A stretch of DNA of 64,000 nt. It comes from the human T2T-CHM13v2.0 reference genome, Homo sapiens. Shown one piece after another: positions 1 to 14,800 of the stretch (within the stretch, counting starts at the first letter, position 1; each line of letters starts with the position of its first letter). The notes under the pieces are model-generated. The model was not told where the DNA came from. It saw nothing but the letters and a program-made list of their open reading frames with translations, and did not search any database. Both the position numbers and the translations under genes were made by a program. The stretch lies in assembly GCF_009914755.1 (NCBI RefSeq), contig NC_060927.1; one strand, 5' to 3'.

Positions 1-257
1 TGCTGATTTGGACCCCTCCCTACCTCTTTAGAAATCTCAACATGTGATTTGAGATATTTTTGAGAACTTCTTAGGCATTCGATGCATTTCATCAGTGGTC
101 AGGCTATAGAAAGCTGATTTTTATTAGGAAAAATATCTCTTCTACCTTCTCTTATCCCTTGTTTTTCTGCCTTCCTGTCTGTGCTCCCTTTCCCAAAACA
201 TAGATTTTCATGTAATTCAGTTCACTAAATATCACTTCCATTTTTGCTTCTCTGCAG

Positions 258-387
258 AGTTTATTGCTAGAGCTGCTGATAGACTTTTGGCGCAGATAGT
301 ATATTGATCACTTGAAATCTCATTTGAGCTTGACTGAATATACATAATGGGGTGTCAATCGGGGAAAAATCTCATAATAAATGGCAG
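258..387 (+). other. Candidate spliced exon (non-coding/poison, or start of a terminal exon)
   Basis: Branch-point-like CACTAAA (223-229), pyrimidine tract and TTTTTGCTTCTCTGCAG acceptor ending at 257; possible donor CAG|GTGACT at 387/388; stops in all three frames; AATAAA at 376, 1959 and 4121. No transcript evidence available. Confidence 0.3.
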
Positions 388-2244
388 GTGACTTATATTC
401 ATGAGAAAAAAAAAGTCTTGGGCCGCACACAAAATACCATGTTTACTGTAGCATGACAGACTGATTTTGCTCGTCTCCATCATATTCATCTGGTGGGTGT
501 TTAATAGCAAAGGCAAGGTTAGAATACCAAGATCCTGGAAACTTTCTTTGTTTATGTGGGAAGCATTTTTGTACACTCTATACAGTATAAGCATCTTCTA
601 GAACTACAGCCAGCAAGAAAGAGCTTTTCTACCTGAGAAATTCAGAAATTGCAAACAAATCTGTTTAAGTTGGTGTGTATTTAAAATCAGCTACTGATTT
701 ATGCAGTCCATATTTTTTAAATTTTTACCATGTGTGTATCAGTGCATACACTCACTGTATGCAAATATCATTTTCAGTGTGTATATGGGAGAGCACAGTA
801 TATTTAGAGAAAAGTCTGCTTTACATAAATTATTTTTAAGAACAACTGAGCAGAGGAGTAGCCATGCGTTAGGAAAGCCAAATCTTTTTTTCTTTTTTTA
901 AGTTTCCCATTGAATGATAAGGAATTTCTCTTTTAAAGTTTTATATGTAATTCTTTAAAATCAATTTTCCTGATACAGCAGTCATTATGACGGTAGATAT
1001 GTCTGGGAAAGTGATATTTTGGGTTACTTTATACAGCTGACTTGATAGCCGACTTCGTTGTGGCTGATTGTTTGGAAACATGGGGGTATCTATCATATTA
1101 GCTGTAACCCTGCTTCATGCCAGGACAGTGTGGGGTACATCACGTTTTTCCCAGTCTGCTAAGTGGGGTGCAACTCAACTTCCATCAGGAATTCTTCATC
1201 TCCTGTAAATGAATGAAATCAACTGGCTCTTTGCTAACAGGGTTCTAATTTTCTTTTTTTTTATAGTCAAAAAAATTAATAATAATGGTACCCTGGACAA
1301 ACATCTCCTTCAGTCCTTGTACAATATCTCAAGATTTTAAAAACTGTTTTATGTCAGAGTTTTCACTTTTTTAGCCTCAGGTCAAATATGATAGCCAGAG
1401 GAATCTGCTTACTACAGATGCAAAATAGGACAAGTGACATTATTAAGATATAAAAGACATGACATCAAGCCCTGATCATACATACTGTTTTTCCATAGCA
1501 AGATTTTTTGCCATTTTCATCTATTTTACTGAAATGCTTCCAATTTGCTTTTTAAGGTTTTTGATTAGCAGTCACAGAGAATGTAAATATGCTGAGAAAT
1601 GGGATTATCTGAGAACTAACCAGTTGCGGAGGTTTAACAATATATAATTACACGAGTGTTATGTATTTTAGTAATATCTTCTAGAAGTAAAATCTTATAT
1701 CCATATATTTCCTTATATATGTACCAATAGTTCTGTACCAATTAGAAACTATTTGTAGTATGTGGCTTTTTGCACGAAGAGGCAATCAAATTTGATAGCT
1801 TAAGCTTGGGAAATTATGCTTTTGAGATTTAAGCAGAAGCTAGGTGATACAAGAACTTTAAACTCAGGAATTAGCTGTTTGAATATGCTTCATTAATTTT
1901 AACCTACAGAGAAATGTATGTCTGCAAATGTTAAAACTGGGACTTATTGGATGTCACCAATAAATGGGAAAAATTAAATCCCAGGGAAAAAAAATTGGAA
2001 AGAAAAAAATTTCCAGAGAAATTTGAAACTGAAAACTGCATTTATAGGCCTTGCTGTTGTCTTAAATTTTGAATAGTTTTACTAATTTATTTTGATTAAC
2101 TGAAAGGAGAAAGAGTAATATGAACTAAGAAGTTACATGAACTATTTTCTGTTGAAAAGATATTAACATCTTTTGGAAATACCATATCCAGCTTGGTAAT
2201 ATAAATACTCAGTTTTAATAGATTGCCTTCTCACCAGTCCTTAA

Positions 2245-2563
<319 letters not shown>

Positions 2564-4383
2564 CTTACAGTGAGAATATTTAAAGACAAATAGAACAAGT
2601 TAAAGAACATATCTTTTATATATATCTTATCAGTAGAATTAAAAACAACATCCATATACTTGCCAGGTTCTTGGTAAGACTTTTAAATCACTTAAAAAAT
2701 ATTAAGCATAAATTTGGAAAATAGAGTTGAATTTATAGCTATTTCACAGAAATGGACATTACACTAAATAATTCCTAGGGTTTGATTTTTATATATGCCA
2801 AAGCAAGACTAGGAAATGACTGGAACTCCTGTATTTTTGGGTTTTTTGCAACTGCTGTCATTTTCAGAAACCAAAGAGTCAGAGCTCTCTTCCATTAGAT
2901 ACGGCGTATTTAAAGTTATGTTCATTTAATACAAGCACAGCAGTGGAACTACTTTTTCTTCCTACAGTGATTTAAATAAGAACTAGGTGATGCCATGGAT
3001 TAAGGATAATAGGCTTTTAAAAAATTGTGTTGTTTTTCACTTTAATGAAAAACATCTGGGTAAAGAAAAATTGCAATGAACTAATTCAGTTATTAGCAAA
3101 GTAGTAATTTGGTATATATTACTTTTAATAGTTTAGCTTTATATTTAATATAAAGTTTATATTCAGGTTTAATTGTTGCTAAGGCAAAATCAACAAGATG
3201 ATTTGCTTACGCCCTGTTATATTAAGTTAGTTTCACTAAGGGAAATATTATAACTCAGAAAAAACCTTTAGTGCACCTCCATGTGCCTTTTAAGAATATA
3301 TATCCTCTAAAAGAGGAGAATAACTTAGGGGTTATGGCCAGCCAGGTTACTTATTAGGTTATGTTTATTGATTATATTAATATACATATTACATATATAC
3401 ATATATAAGTATAACATACTTATCCCAAGTATATTGAAATGTTATATTTAACTGTACTTAAATGTATATGCCATTTCAAATGAGCCTAAACCATTCTTGT
3501 TTCACTAGAAAAGCAATACTTAGATGTGATCTCATGCCCTATGACATTAAAGAAGACAGGCTTGACTATTTCCCCTGCTTAGTTTTTGTTTGATATACAT
3601 GCTGTGGCAAAAGTTATTTTCTTAATGATAGGCAGATCCGCCATGATTGTGTAGGAATTTGGTGGAAAAGTAATGGGTGGTAGTTTTTTGTTGGTTTTAG
3701 TTTTGGGGTGTGCATGTGAGTACATTTGAAGGAGTGAAATTCTGATTTTTAAAAATCAGAAAATCCAGTGGAAACAGTTGATCCTATTTTCCAGTTCAAT
3801 TTCTTTCTCCACCTTACTGTGGTCTTGGCCCACTTCAGATTGTGCTTTGGTCACACTGACATGTGACAACTGGACATGCAAACCCAGTGTCTAACGGACC
3901 TGATTTTGTTTCATCCAAGCAGAGGGGGTGCCCATTCTATGAATTCTGTCCCCGAGGATTTGAATAGCCAGTGTTATTTTCCATTAAGGTAGCTACACTC
4001 TTTTCATACTTACCATTTTGTTGGTATGTTCTTGTTATACCACTGCAGACACTTGTGCTTTTTCACAAGTTCTTCAAAACCATTTCTCTCTTATTAAAAA
4101 CAAAAGATTGCAGAATTCAAAATAAAGCTTAAAAATATGACACCTACTACAGAGCCGCATTGTCAGACTCTCTCACTCTAATATAATCCCTGGAAATAAT
4201 TTTTGGGAGCATGAAATTTAAGCTCAGCAGAAGCTCTAGCTACATCTTGAAAGCTCTAGCCTTCATTAAACCCCTTAGGAGATGTTCCTTAGCCCAGTAT
4301 TTATAGAGCTGGGATGTTGGGCTGCTGTTTCTTTTTCTTTGGAGATATTAGTAAATGCAGGAAAATCTGTTATATTCAAGCAG

Positions 4384-4395
4384 CTCCTTTCTTTT

Positions 4396-4448
<53 letters not shown>

Positions 4449-4596
4449 TTTCTTTTTCTTTTTTTCTTTCTTTTTCTTTCTTTTTCTTTCTTTCCTTCTT
4501 TCTTTCTGTCTTTCTTTCTTTTTCTTTTCTTCTTCCTCTTCCTCCTCTTTCTTCCTCCTCCTCCTCCTCCTTCACTTCTTTTCTTTTCTTTTTTTT
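4384..4596. repeat. (TTTC)n/(TTC)n/(TCC)n polypyrimidine simple repeat
   Basis: About 210 bp almost purely C/T on + (one G, one A); source of the low-complexity F/S/L and K/E/R ORFs. Confidence 0.97.
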
Positions 4597-4707
4597 GGTA
4601 ATAGCCAAGGGATGCCACTAATGGTGGCCACAATTACTAAATATTCTTAATTTTTCTAGATCTAAACATGAGGCTGACAAGGTTCCTTATAGAGCCTGTA
4701 TCTGGAA

Positions 4708-4945
4708 CAGCATTGTCCAATGGAGTTTTTTGCACAATGGAATTTTCTTCGCCTTCTGCAGTGAAGAAAACATTCTATATCTCTGCTCTCCAGTGAGTGC
4801 CACTAGCCACTTTTAGCTGCTGAGCACTTGAAATGTGGCCAGTGTGACTGAGAAACTGAATTTCTTTATCTTATTTAATTTTAATTAAAATTTAAACTTA
4901 AAAAGTCACACATATCCAGTGGCTCTACTGTGTTGGATAGAGTAG
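4708..4945. mobile_element. MER3-like hAT-Charlie DNA transposon relic
   Basis: CAGCATTGTCCAAT...GCCACTAGCCAC...GAGCACTTGAAATGTGGCCAGTGTGACTGAGAAACTGAATTT...TTGGATAG matches my recollection of the MER3/MER33 consensus. Confidence 0.8.
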
Positions 4946-5105
4946 CCTTAGAAAATCATGAAAATGAGTCACTTTGCTGTGAAGTCCTCTTTGTGGACAG
5001 TGTAAGCCATGGCAGCACATACTCCAGAAATTGGAGACTGGTCAGTGCTGACCATGGTGCGCTCTCAACCTGGTGGACACTGCACAGCTGCCCTGCAAAT
5101 CATAG

Positions 5106-5424
<319 letters not shown>

Positions 5425-6503
5425 ACATTTTTAAATAGAACTGAATCCTCCTAGTCTGGACACAGTGCGTTGCTGCTCTCAGACTCAGTCCCCAGCTGGA
5501 CAGTCTCAGTTGTCCCAGAGCCTCTCCAGGTCTTGACTAGTTTGTCTGGCTTTGAGGGCACATCCAAAGTGCTTATAGAGTTCTGGCTTTGGGAGAAGGG
5601 GTTTAGGGACAGAAGTCTGGATTCGCCCTTCCAGAGAAGTACCCACTACTGTTTTATCTTCTCTTTGTCACCACGTACCTTGGTGTCACACACAGTAAAA
5701 CTTTGCCATCTGACTTGCATTTCGACCCCTGTGTTTGAAAGAAATTTACCTTGAGTGTGTTTAAAAAGCAAGTACTACTAACCTCAGTTGAGCAAGACCA
5801 GTTAAGAAGTTGTGACAATTCATTTACCCACAGACAGATCTCTCACTCAAACTAGGTAAGTCTTTCCTCATAAATTATAGTGAGTCTTCCAACTTCAGAT
5901 TGACCAGGAAGCTTTCAGAGCCCGTTGAGGAATACAAGAGTCCCCAGGTGAGTGGATTTACTCATGGGGGAGCGTTTCTTCTGCTTGCACCATTGTAGGA
6001 CCTTAAAAATGGGTGTGTGGGGAGGAGAAGACAGTGAAGGATGCCTTGCAGCTGTGACCATTCCCTTTGTCCTGCCCAGGGTGACCCCATGCTGCTTGAC
6101 ACACACAGGAGCCTGAGACCTGTGTGGGGAGAGACAGACACTGAACTAGGGGACTGAGGGGGGTAAGGCAGGTCACTGTCCTCCAGAGGCCCACAGCCTA
6201 CGCCCCACTATTTTCCCCCTAGAACCAGGATCCTCCAAACTAGTCATGCCTCAGAATCACCCAGGAGATACTTTAGGAAAAAAAAAAAAGTATTATTAAA
6301 CAAATTCCTGTCCCTACCTCCATTTGTAGAATTAAAACATTAACATTTCTCTCAGTCCTCTGAAATCTGTCTTTATGGTTATGATGATCTTTGGGCTTTT
6401 CCAACATGCTGATGTCGGGGTACCACCCCAGACTGACTCAGTCTCAGGGAAGGACCTAAACACTGACAGATGTGAAGTCCCCTAGGTATCATTTTTGTTT
6501 GAA

Positions 6504-6816
<313 letters not shown>

Positions 6817-9800
6817 TGAGGGGTTTTAGGGTATGCAATGAGCGTTAGGCTGGGATGTCCACTGCCCCACCCTCCTCACTTGTATGCATTTGCTGTGTAA
6901 CCGCTATGCATCAGGCCCTCCTGGGCATGGTGCTGTGTTTCAGTCCCTAGCTGGTCCCATGCTTCTTCCTTGCCTCCTTTGCAGCCTCACCACTTCTGCT
7001 CTATCCCCTGGGCAAATGACCCTGAGGCCTGTGTCCAGCAGTGACCCCTCCAGATCCAGCTCTGCAGTTCCCAGTGGGCATTTCCGTCAGCATGGGTGAA
7101 CCTGAGTCAGTCACCCTGCCATGCTTCTCCCTGCGAGTTGGGGTACAAATCTCAGTGTTCCTCTGCTGTTCTTCCTCCCACAGTCCAGTTTGGTCCTGAG
7201 TCCTGCCACCTCCACCCCCGTGGTCCCCTGCAATGCCTGGCTTCTCTGGTCACTCTGATGCTGGCCTCATTCAGGCCTGCACCGTCTCGTACATGGGCTG
7301 TTTCACAATGCTCTCAGTTGGCTTCTGCCTCCTCAGATTGTGTCTTTGTCCAGTCATCCTTCCCCAGCTGCTGAAGCATAGGTTGGCTCACAGAACGTGT
7401 GCCACTGAAAACGTGGGAGGGCTTCTTGGCGAAGACAGGACAGTGCACATCTCCCCCATCTGCCCACACCTGCCTTCCCAGCCGCCACGTCCTCCTGCCA
7501 CACTGGGCCTGCTCGCTGTGCCCTCCTAGCTCTGTATCCTGGGCCTCACCGCGTGGTCTGGCTGCCCATCTGCCTTCCTCCTCTGGTTTGCTGATCTGTC
7601 TCTCCCTTCAGTTCTGGTTTATAGGTCACCCTACAAGCTTACTCTAATGGCTTTGTCCAAACCTCTCATTCCCCAGGTGTCCCCACCTTCTGCACCTCTA
7701 GTCTTTGGCCCTCTTTTCTCATCTTTCCTGGCTCATGTGCGGGTACTCACAGGGGCAGCTCCCACTCCAATTCCCCTGCAGGCCGGAATCACAGTCTGCC
7801 CCTCCCATGTGCAGGCCTTTGTACAAGCTCTCTGGGCACCACATGCTCTCGCAGAGGCTGCCTGTGGCATGTTTTTTGGGTGCTCCTGACCAGATGCCCT
7901 GGACAGTGCCAGAGGCCTTTGGATTTTCTGAGTGTGAGTGGGTGGAGCCTTCCTCTGGTGCCCCCAGCCTACTGCTGCTGCTCCTCTCACTGGCCCTGCC
8001 CAATACCCACACACGTGCAAATGCACACATGCATCGTCCTCCCCGGTGAGCTCTGTCTTTCCTGCTGTCACCTCTTCCCTCCCTCACCCACACCTGCATT
8101 CTCAGAGCAGCCTCCCAGTGCTTTGGTGATACTTTTGGAAAACAATTTCTTCCTGCACCTCCTTCTTCTATGGGGGAATGATAACTTTGAGACACGGCTG
8201 GTAAGTATCTGTACTGGAGGGGGAAAGGATGCCAGTAACTAACCCCCATCGTCTCCCCATCTCCGCCGTCTCCAGCGCAGCCAACCTGCCTGGACACCTC
8301 ATGAAGCGCAATCCAGCTAGTCTAGCGTCTCCAGTTTCAGCCATCCTGGCTGTACCCTGTGAGCCCCCTTCTTGGGCTGCTGCTTTGAGGGTGGCCTCTA
8401 ACAGCTAAACCACACCCTCAAAGCCATCCTCCCCTTCCCAGGAGATCCCTCAGGGAATATGGGAGGACCAGGCCCCTGCTGTAGACAAGTATGGGGAGAC
8501 AGAGGCCATGGCCTTTGCTCTCCTGTTTCCTTGGGGAGAAAGGGTGGGCGCCAGTTGGCAGAGGAGCCTTTGAGGAAGTTGACCCAGAGTGCTGAGGGCC
8601 AGGATGGAGCAGCTTCCAAAGCTCGATCTTGGTGACGGAGGAGGAGGAAGGCATTAGAGGCTGAGAGACCCCTATGTGGATGTGTGCAGAGGTCTGAGGG
8701 AGGGTGCGAAGGCAGGGCTTATTCAAGGAACTGCAAGAATGTCAAGCATTTTAGTGTGGGGTAGAAATGGAGAGAAGGCAGGCAGAGACCAGAGTGCCAG
8801 TGCTTGGGCCTGCCTTGCCCTGCACAGACTCTTCAACTCTATCCTCAGCGCTGCAGTCCCCAGCTGGGCTGCCTTCATCTGCCATCCTCATTCTGCCTCT
8901 GTCTGGGAACTTTCTTCGCTTGGTGCCCCTACGCACACACTCCAGGCTGGCTGGGCCGGGGCATGGCTCCTCCATGGCTTTCATTGGCAGCTTGTGTTGC
9001 AGGTCCTGAAGTTAGGTGTGGGGACTGCTGAGGCTCATCCCTGCGGGGCTGGCACACTGACAGGCTTTCCCATCATCCATCAGCCTCAAGTGAGAAGGGA
9101 GAACTAGTCCCATAGGGAAACAACAGCAAAGCCACAATGGACTGTGACCATGAGGATGAGCAGTAGCTCGTCCGAACTTGTCCCTCGGCCAAGAGACCCT
9201 TTGGCAGCTTTGGGAGGAAGAGCATGGCCGGTCTCCCTTCCCCAGGGGCTGCTGCAGCCCCTTGCAGTGCCAGGAGCACACCGGGCCCTGGACTGAACAA
9301 ACCGCCTTCCCAGGCCCTCTTTCTTGGCAGCTCCGTGGGCCCCAAAGCCTGACAGGAGGTGGGTGACTCTGGGTGGCCCCCCTGTGAGCACCTCCTCACA
9401 AACATGGCCGGCACCTCCCGGAAGAACATCTCTTCTCCGCTTTGCTCTCAGTTTCTGGGCTGACAATTAGGCTACTGAAAAAGGACAATTCACAACAGGC
9501 CCACACAGAGAAGGCCTTTCATGTGCAAGAATGGCCCCGTCGTCCACATTAGCACCATTATGTCTTTATTTATAGGAGGTACTGTACTTGAGAATGGTCA
9601 GGCAGCATTGCTTTAAGAAGGGTGTTTGGTCATTCGATTTGAAGCACACTGAGAGGATTCATTGTCCCCAGGCCGCACAGAGCCCGGCCCAGCAGCCTGG
9701 GGTTCGGTCCAAGTGTGCTGAGTGGGTGGTGGAGCTGACAGGGCCTGCAGGGTTGCTCTGGCTGGCAGAGCCTCTGTGGTTGAGTCCGTGGGTGGCAGGG

Positions 9801-9834
9801 TAGGGGGGAGGCGAGGAAGCTGTCTCATGGTCGT

Positions 9835-10629
9835 AGGCCTGTGACAGGCCCAGCCCAGCCTGAGATCCCTTTGCAGAATGACACAGCAGTCCATGCGGGC
9901 AGTGGGGAGCCATTCTCACCGACTCACGCAAATCCAAGAGAAGCCTGGGTTCATTAATGATTTAAGGTTTTACAGTATTGGAAATGGCAGCCTCACATCG
10001 GAAGGACCCTGGGTTTTTGTAACCCTGGCTGTTGGCACGAATGCTCCATCAACCCGGGAGGACTTCCCACAAACACTCTCTGAACTTCTCACACAGACAC
10101 CTTGACCTGAAGAAATTGTCTTCAGAGAGACCTGGTTTGGTTTTGGAGAGAGCGCAACCTGCAGCAGGAGCCTTCGTTCATGTGGTCCCATCTGCCCCTC
10201 AACCCCACCCTGCCCCACCACCTCAGGTCACTTCTTCCGGCCTCCTTGGTCTGCAGTCCCTGCTGTGTTCCAAGGCACCAGAAGGCATGCAGAGGATGGT
10301 CAGAGTCTGGGGTCCCCTTCAGTTGAGGATCACACCCTGCAGCTGGCTCAGGCTCTAGGGATATCATTTGGATTGGGAATGCCCGGATGTGGGCTCTCCA
10401 TTCCTCCTACTGGCTGATGGAGCACTCAAGCCCACATTCAGGGTTACAGAAAACCATCGTCCTTCCCATGTGGGGCTCTTGTTTCTAATACTGTAATCTT
10501 AAATCATTAATGAACCCAAGCTTTTCTTGGAATGTGTGAAGTCGGTGAGAACGGCTTCCCACTGCCCAGATGGGCTGCTGTGTCATTCTGCAAAGGGTTC
10601 TCAGTCTAGGATGGGGCTGTCACAGACCT
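9835..10629. repeat. Inverted duplication, arms ~9835-10062 and ~10402-10629, spacer ~340 bp
   Basis: Manual alignment of arm 1 to the reverse complement of arm 2: ~84% identity over the ~187-bp core, including perfect blocks CCCTTTGCAGAATGACACAGCAG (23 bp) and TGGGTTCATTAATGATTTAAG (21 bp). Confidence 0.95.
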
Positions 10630-10734
10630 GGTCTCTAAGCATCATGATCTAGGACATAAAGAGGATTGCTGGCCTCTCCACCCCTACTATTTGTTGTTAC
10701 TGCTGCTATTAACTATCACTTTGTTGCATTTCCT

Positions 10735-10890
10735 GAGCTTAGCACTTGACTTGGATGTTTTCATTTTATCTTCATAACCACCTATGCATTAGGTACTGTT
10801 ACCACCATTTTGTAGATTAAGAAACTGGCTCAGAGAGGGCAAGCCAATGGCTCAAGGTCATACATCTAGAAAGAGGTAGAGCCAGGCCAT
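10735..10890 (-). mobile_element. MIR SINE fragment
   Basis: CCATTTTGTAGATTAAGAAACTGGCTCAGAGAGG...AAGGTCATACATCTAG core. Confidence 0.75.
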
Positions 10891-11614
10891 GTTGCCTCGG
10901 AGACCCAGACTCCAAGCTGCCTCAGCCCAGGCTTCTGGGTCCTTCTCACTGCCTCTTTCAGGTGTTTCTGAGTCATGAGCCATGGAAGAAGAAAAAGAAG
11001 GAACAAATCACAGGCTCGGGTATGCTCCAGGGGCCTCATTTTCTAGCTGCCTCCTCCCAGCTGGGCCTCCAGGCTTCCGTAATTCTGTAATATGGCTCCC
11101 TAGGGCCCACTTTCCTTTGCCTCCCTACATATCAGTAAGTCATTTCCTCAACTTTTTTTTTCCTTAGGGTTTTTATCCCTATTAGAAGAAAAAGTTTCCT
11201 TCACAGTGATTTATGTCTGCCTCTGCAGATCATTTTTAAAAGTGTTTCAGAGACTTTCAGAATTATTTTTGTTTGAATATTAGACTTCTGTCTCTGCAAA
11301 ATGTATAACCATATGCTGTCAACCCTGGATATTGGCTTTGGTAGAGTAGACACCCTGAATTTTTTAACCTAGATGTTAATCAAGCATTCTGTCTCAAGAC
11401 AACACAAACCTTAACTGGAGAAATGCTGAGAGAATAAGGAACAGGTTTAGGCTCAGGGATACACAATATCTGTCATCCCAGTTACCTCCATAAACCCACG
11501 TTAGTAAGAAGTGAAACTGAGGCAGATGGGCACAGGCTTCAGGGGAGGAAGAGAAGGGAGGCAGGACAAGTGGCTGAAACCTTCAACACAGGGCTGAGCC
11601 CTCAGGCCTGTTTA

Positions 11615-11842
11615 TGAGTGGTGGAGCGCAGGCTTGGATGCAGATGGCCTGGGTTCACATCCTGGCTGTGCCACTTGCTCACTGCTGTGTACCTTTGAGC
11701 AAGTAAGTTGACCTCTCTGTGCATCAGTTTTTGAATCTGTAAAGTAACAGTACCGTCTTACAGGCTAGTTTTGAGGACTGAATGAGTGGATGTATACAGT
11801 ACACTGAGAAAAGTGCCTGGCACATGTTAGGTGCTCAGTGTT
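11615..11842 (+). mobile_element. MIR SINE
   Basis: CTGGGTTCACATCCTGGCTGTGCCACTT...GAGCAAGTAAGTTGACCTCTCTGTGCATCAGTTT...GTGCCTGGCACATG. Confidence 0.85.
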
Positions 11843-14800
11843 GCTGGAGACAAGAGACTGATTTCAGAACAAACGGCTGGGGCTGTTTTTCATCCAGTAG
11901 TAATCCCTCTGTTTTATATAGGCAGAGAGGGTTGACAGGTCTGGTGAGGTGCCCACCTAAAATCAGAAAAGGTCCTTTCCAGCCACATCACAGGATTCAG
12001 GGAGATTATGTGATTTATTGTTTATTTAATTTATTTGTGCCACGCTGAGTTCCACGCAGGGTCTGAGCTGTCTTCCGTCTGCTTTCTCTCCATGTTCTGT
12101 GGCTTCTTGGTGAATGAGATTAGGGCAGGAATTGGCCCCAGTTCTGGAAGCTGGACTGGTCCTATCAGAGCAATCCCATTCTTTGTGTGTTTGCCTGTAC
12201 TTGATGCATTGCTGTTGCCTTTGATTCCCTCTGCCTGGCAGGGGTGACAGGTGGGGGGAGGGATTTGTCCACCTGCCATTGTGTATATCTGTGTCTTTTT
12301 GAAAGGCACCTGCTAACATGACTCTTTTTTTCTTTTAAGAAAGCCTCTCTTGTGCTGAAAAACTAAGGCCTTATCCAGTGGCAAAGTCCTCTATAGGCCA
12401 GCCCAGTAGTGACAGCCGAGTCAGGTTATTACAGGCATTTCTGCCACATCTAAATTCCACAAAGAAGACATCAGATGGTGGCCTGAGGGTGCGTGTCATT
12501 ATATACAACAAGGGATGTGGTTTAAGGACCTCATCCACCCCTCCCTGCCCCAGCTGCTCCCTTGTGGGACATTCTTATCCTCATGGTGGCCAGGATGTGG
12601 GTACACTTCAGGGGACTGAAAGTCTCTTCTGTAGTTGCCAGGCACCAGGAACCCCAGGCAGCCAGTGTGTAAGCCCAACCCTGCTGTCATCTCTGGCTCC
12701 TTCATCTCCCTCCCGCCCACATCCACTCTTTCTCCAGAGTTACCATCCAAGCACAAGATGATCCCATGCTGGTTATTCAGTGCTCCAGACTCCTGAGGGA
12801 GACGCCCTGAAGTCGGTAGACATCATGTTGGATTGGGACAGTAACTTGCTGGGTCACCTCCTTCCTGTCACTTTGCCTCTTCTGCAAAATAGAACTGCCA
12901 CGCACCATCCTCACCGTAGTGCCACAAATGTCAAGTTTATGTAAATGCAAACTGCATTCAGGTCTATTCTGTTTTCCTTTCAAACACAGATACTTTAATG
13001 GCTTAAACCACTGTGACCCTGTAACTCTACAGGGTAGCGTTAGTTTTTTATAATTATCATCTTGTGACTGCACATGAGAGACTCACAAAGCACTTGTGGT
13101 CCAACTGGACTGCCTCCATAACATGAGGATCACACACAGTCGATAACGATTAGTGCCAAGGCCAAGAAAATGAGCATCCAATGACATCTGGACCAGGAGG
13201 AAAGCACAGGGCACTGGGCTGGAAGATGAGCTGTCCCAAGTGGCCCACTCCACCCGAGGGATGCCCTCCAGTTGACAGTCCCAGGCCTTCCCCCAGATAG
13301 TTGATTGCTCTTGCTCTCCATCCCAAAATCCCTGCCCAAGTTCATCATAAAGTGAATGGACCGACTCCTCTGCAGGATGGAGTGATTCTGTCTTAGTCTC
13401 TTTGTTTTAAGATTATGGACCAATGCTCCAGGAACTTTATATCTTGTACTGTTGGGTGAAAAATAAAGAGGGGAACTCTAGCTCAGGAGCCATTAGCCGG
13501 TACCAAGAAGGAAAATGGAGCTTGTCCTGCAGTCAGGTGAACAAGACAGTGATTTTGGTCTGAGTAGAACCACATGCAGTTGAGACAAAAAAGCTCAAAA
13601 TGTTTAAACAGCTGTAAATCCTATGAGCAGTGAAAATGTCCCCAACATCCTAGGAGGTTTGTTTTTGTTGTTGTTTAAACTGTAATCACTACAATAAACA
13701 TTTTTCTATAGAGGATGAAAAATCTAAATTTGAACACTGTTGTCTGTATTCTATGTAATGGCTATGAGAATGGTGAGATTTTTGTTTTCTCTTAGGAATG
13801 GGAAATTCATCTATATTCCCCTTAAATTTTAAAAAATATATTAAAGAGGAAATTGTTTGTGTTCTCCCAATGAATAGTAACCTAGTAGAAATTATTTTTC
13901 CTATTAAAAATTATTAACATGAGATGTGGTAAAGTGTTTTCTTTTTTTCCTCCCACCAAGATGAACTTTTCCATATTTAAAACGGCATCTCAAGACAGTT
14001 GGGGAGTGATTTTTATACTAGAAATAAGGGATGACTGCATAGTCCTACCTGGTTCAATTTATACCCTCTTCAAAATTCTGTTACTTCTTCTGCTAATACT
14101 TTGTTCTGTGGAACGCTTGCTGTGCTCCTATAGGGCCTAATAGGAAGCTTGATACACACTTTTAGCAAACCCATATTAGTTACTTTCTAAATGAATTTGA
14201 GCCCCTTCCCTTGAATGTAGACACTTCAATATGGATGCAAATGTTTCATGATAGAAATTTGATGATTATATTACAAATTCCAGTCGTACTTGAAGGGAAG
14301 CAGTTTGGTTGGATGTTGAACACAGGAATAAAATTCCACAGCTTCCCAAGGTCTAAGTTAGAACGTTAGTTGCCCCCAAAAGAGGGATTTATTTTTAAAG
14401 GGAAAATTCATTTTTAAAAATCAGCAAGCTAATCAACCACGGCAGATTTTGAATCCCAGTCCTGACCGGGAAGCAGGAAAAAGAATTCTCAAATGTACTA
14501 TTAAGAGGTGGCTGTATATGTGGAGAATACAAATTGATTTTAACATTAGAATAAACACAGCATAATTTGAAATGCCAACCGAAAATACATATATTGTCTC
14601 CCCCAACCTATTGTGTATTTGTTGGGTGAACCTTGTCATTGCGCCTTTCGAAGGCAGTGGTGGCGTGTGTGCCTCACCCACACATTCACGACAGATCCTC
14701 GCTGGCTGCCATGTTCGTTTGTGAGAAATAAAGGAATCTGAAGGTGATTCGTCCCATCGTGGGCCTGATAAATTAAAAATTTGCATATGTCTGACAGTAG

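Noticed and set aside
4282-4650. Overlapping ORFs rich in F/S/L or K/E/R
   Set aside because: Translations of the (TTTC)n simple repeat.
7719-8297. Longest ORF (192 aa, minus strand) and neighbouring overlapping ORFs
   Set aside because: GC-rich region with few stop codons; no recognisable domain or exon structure.
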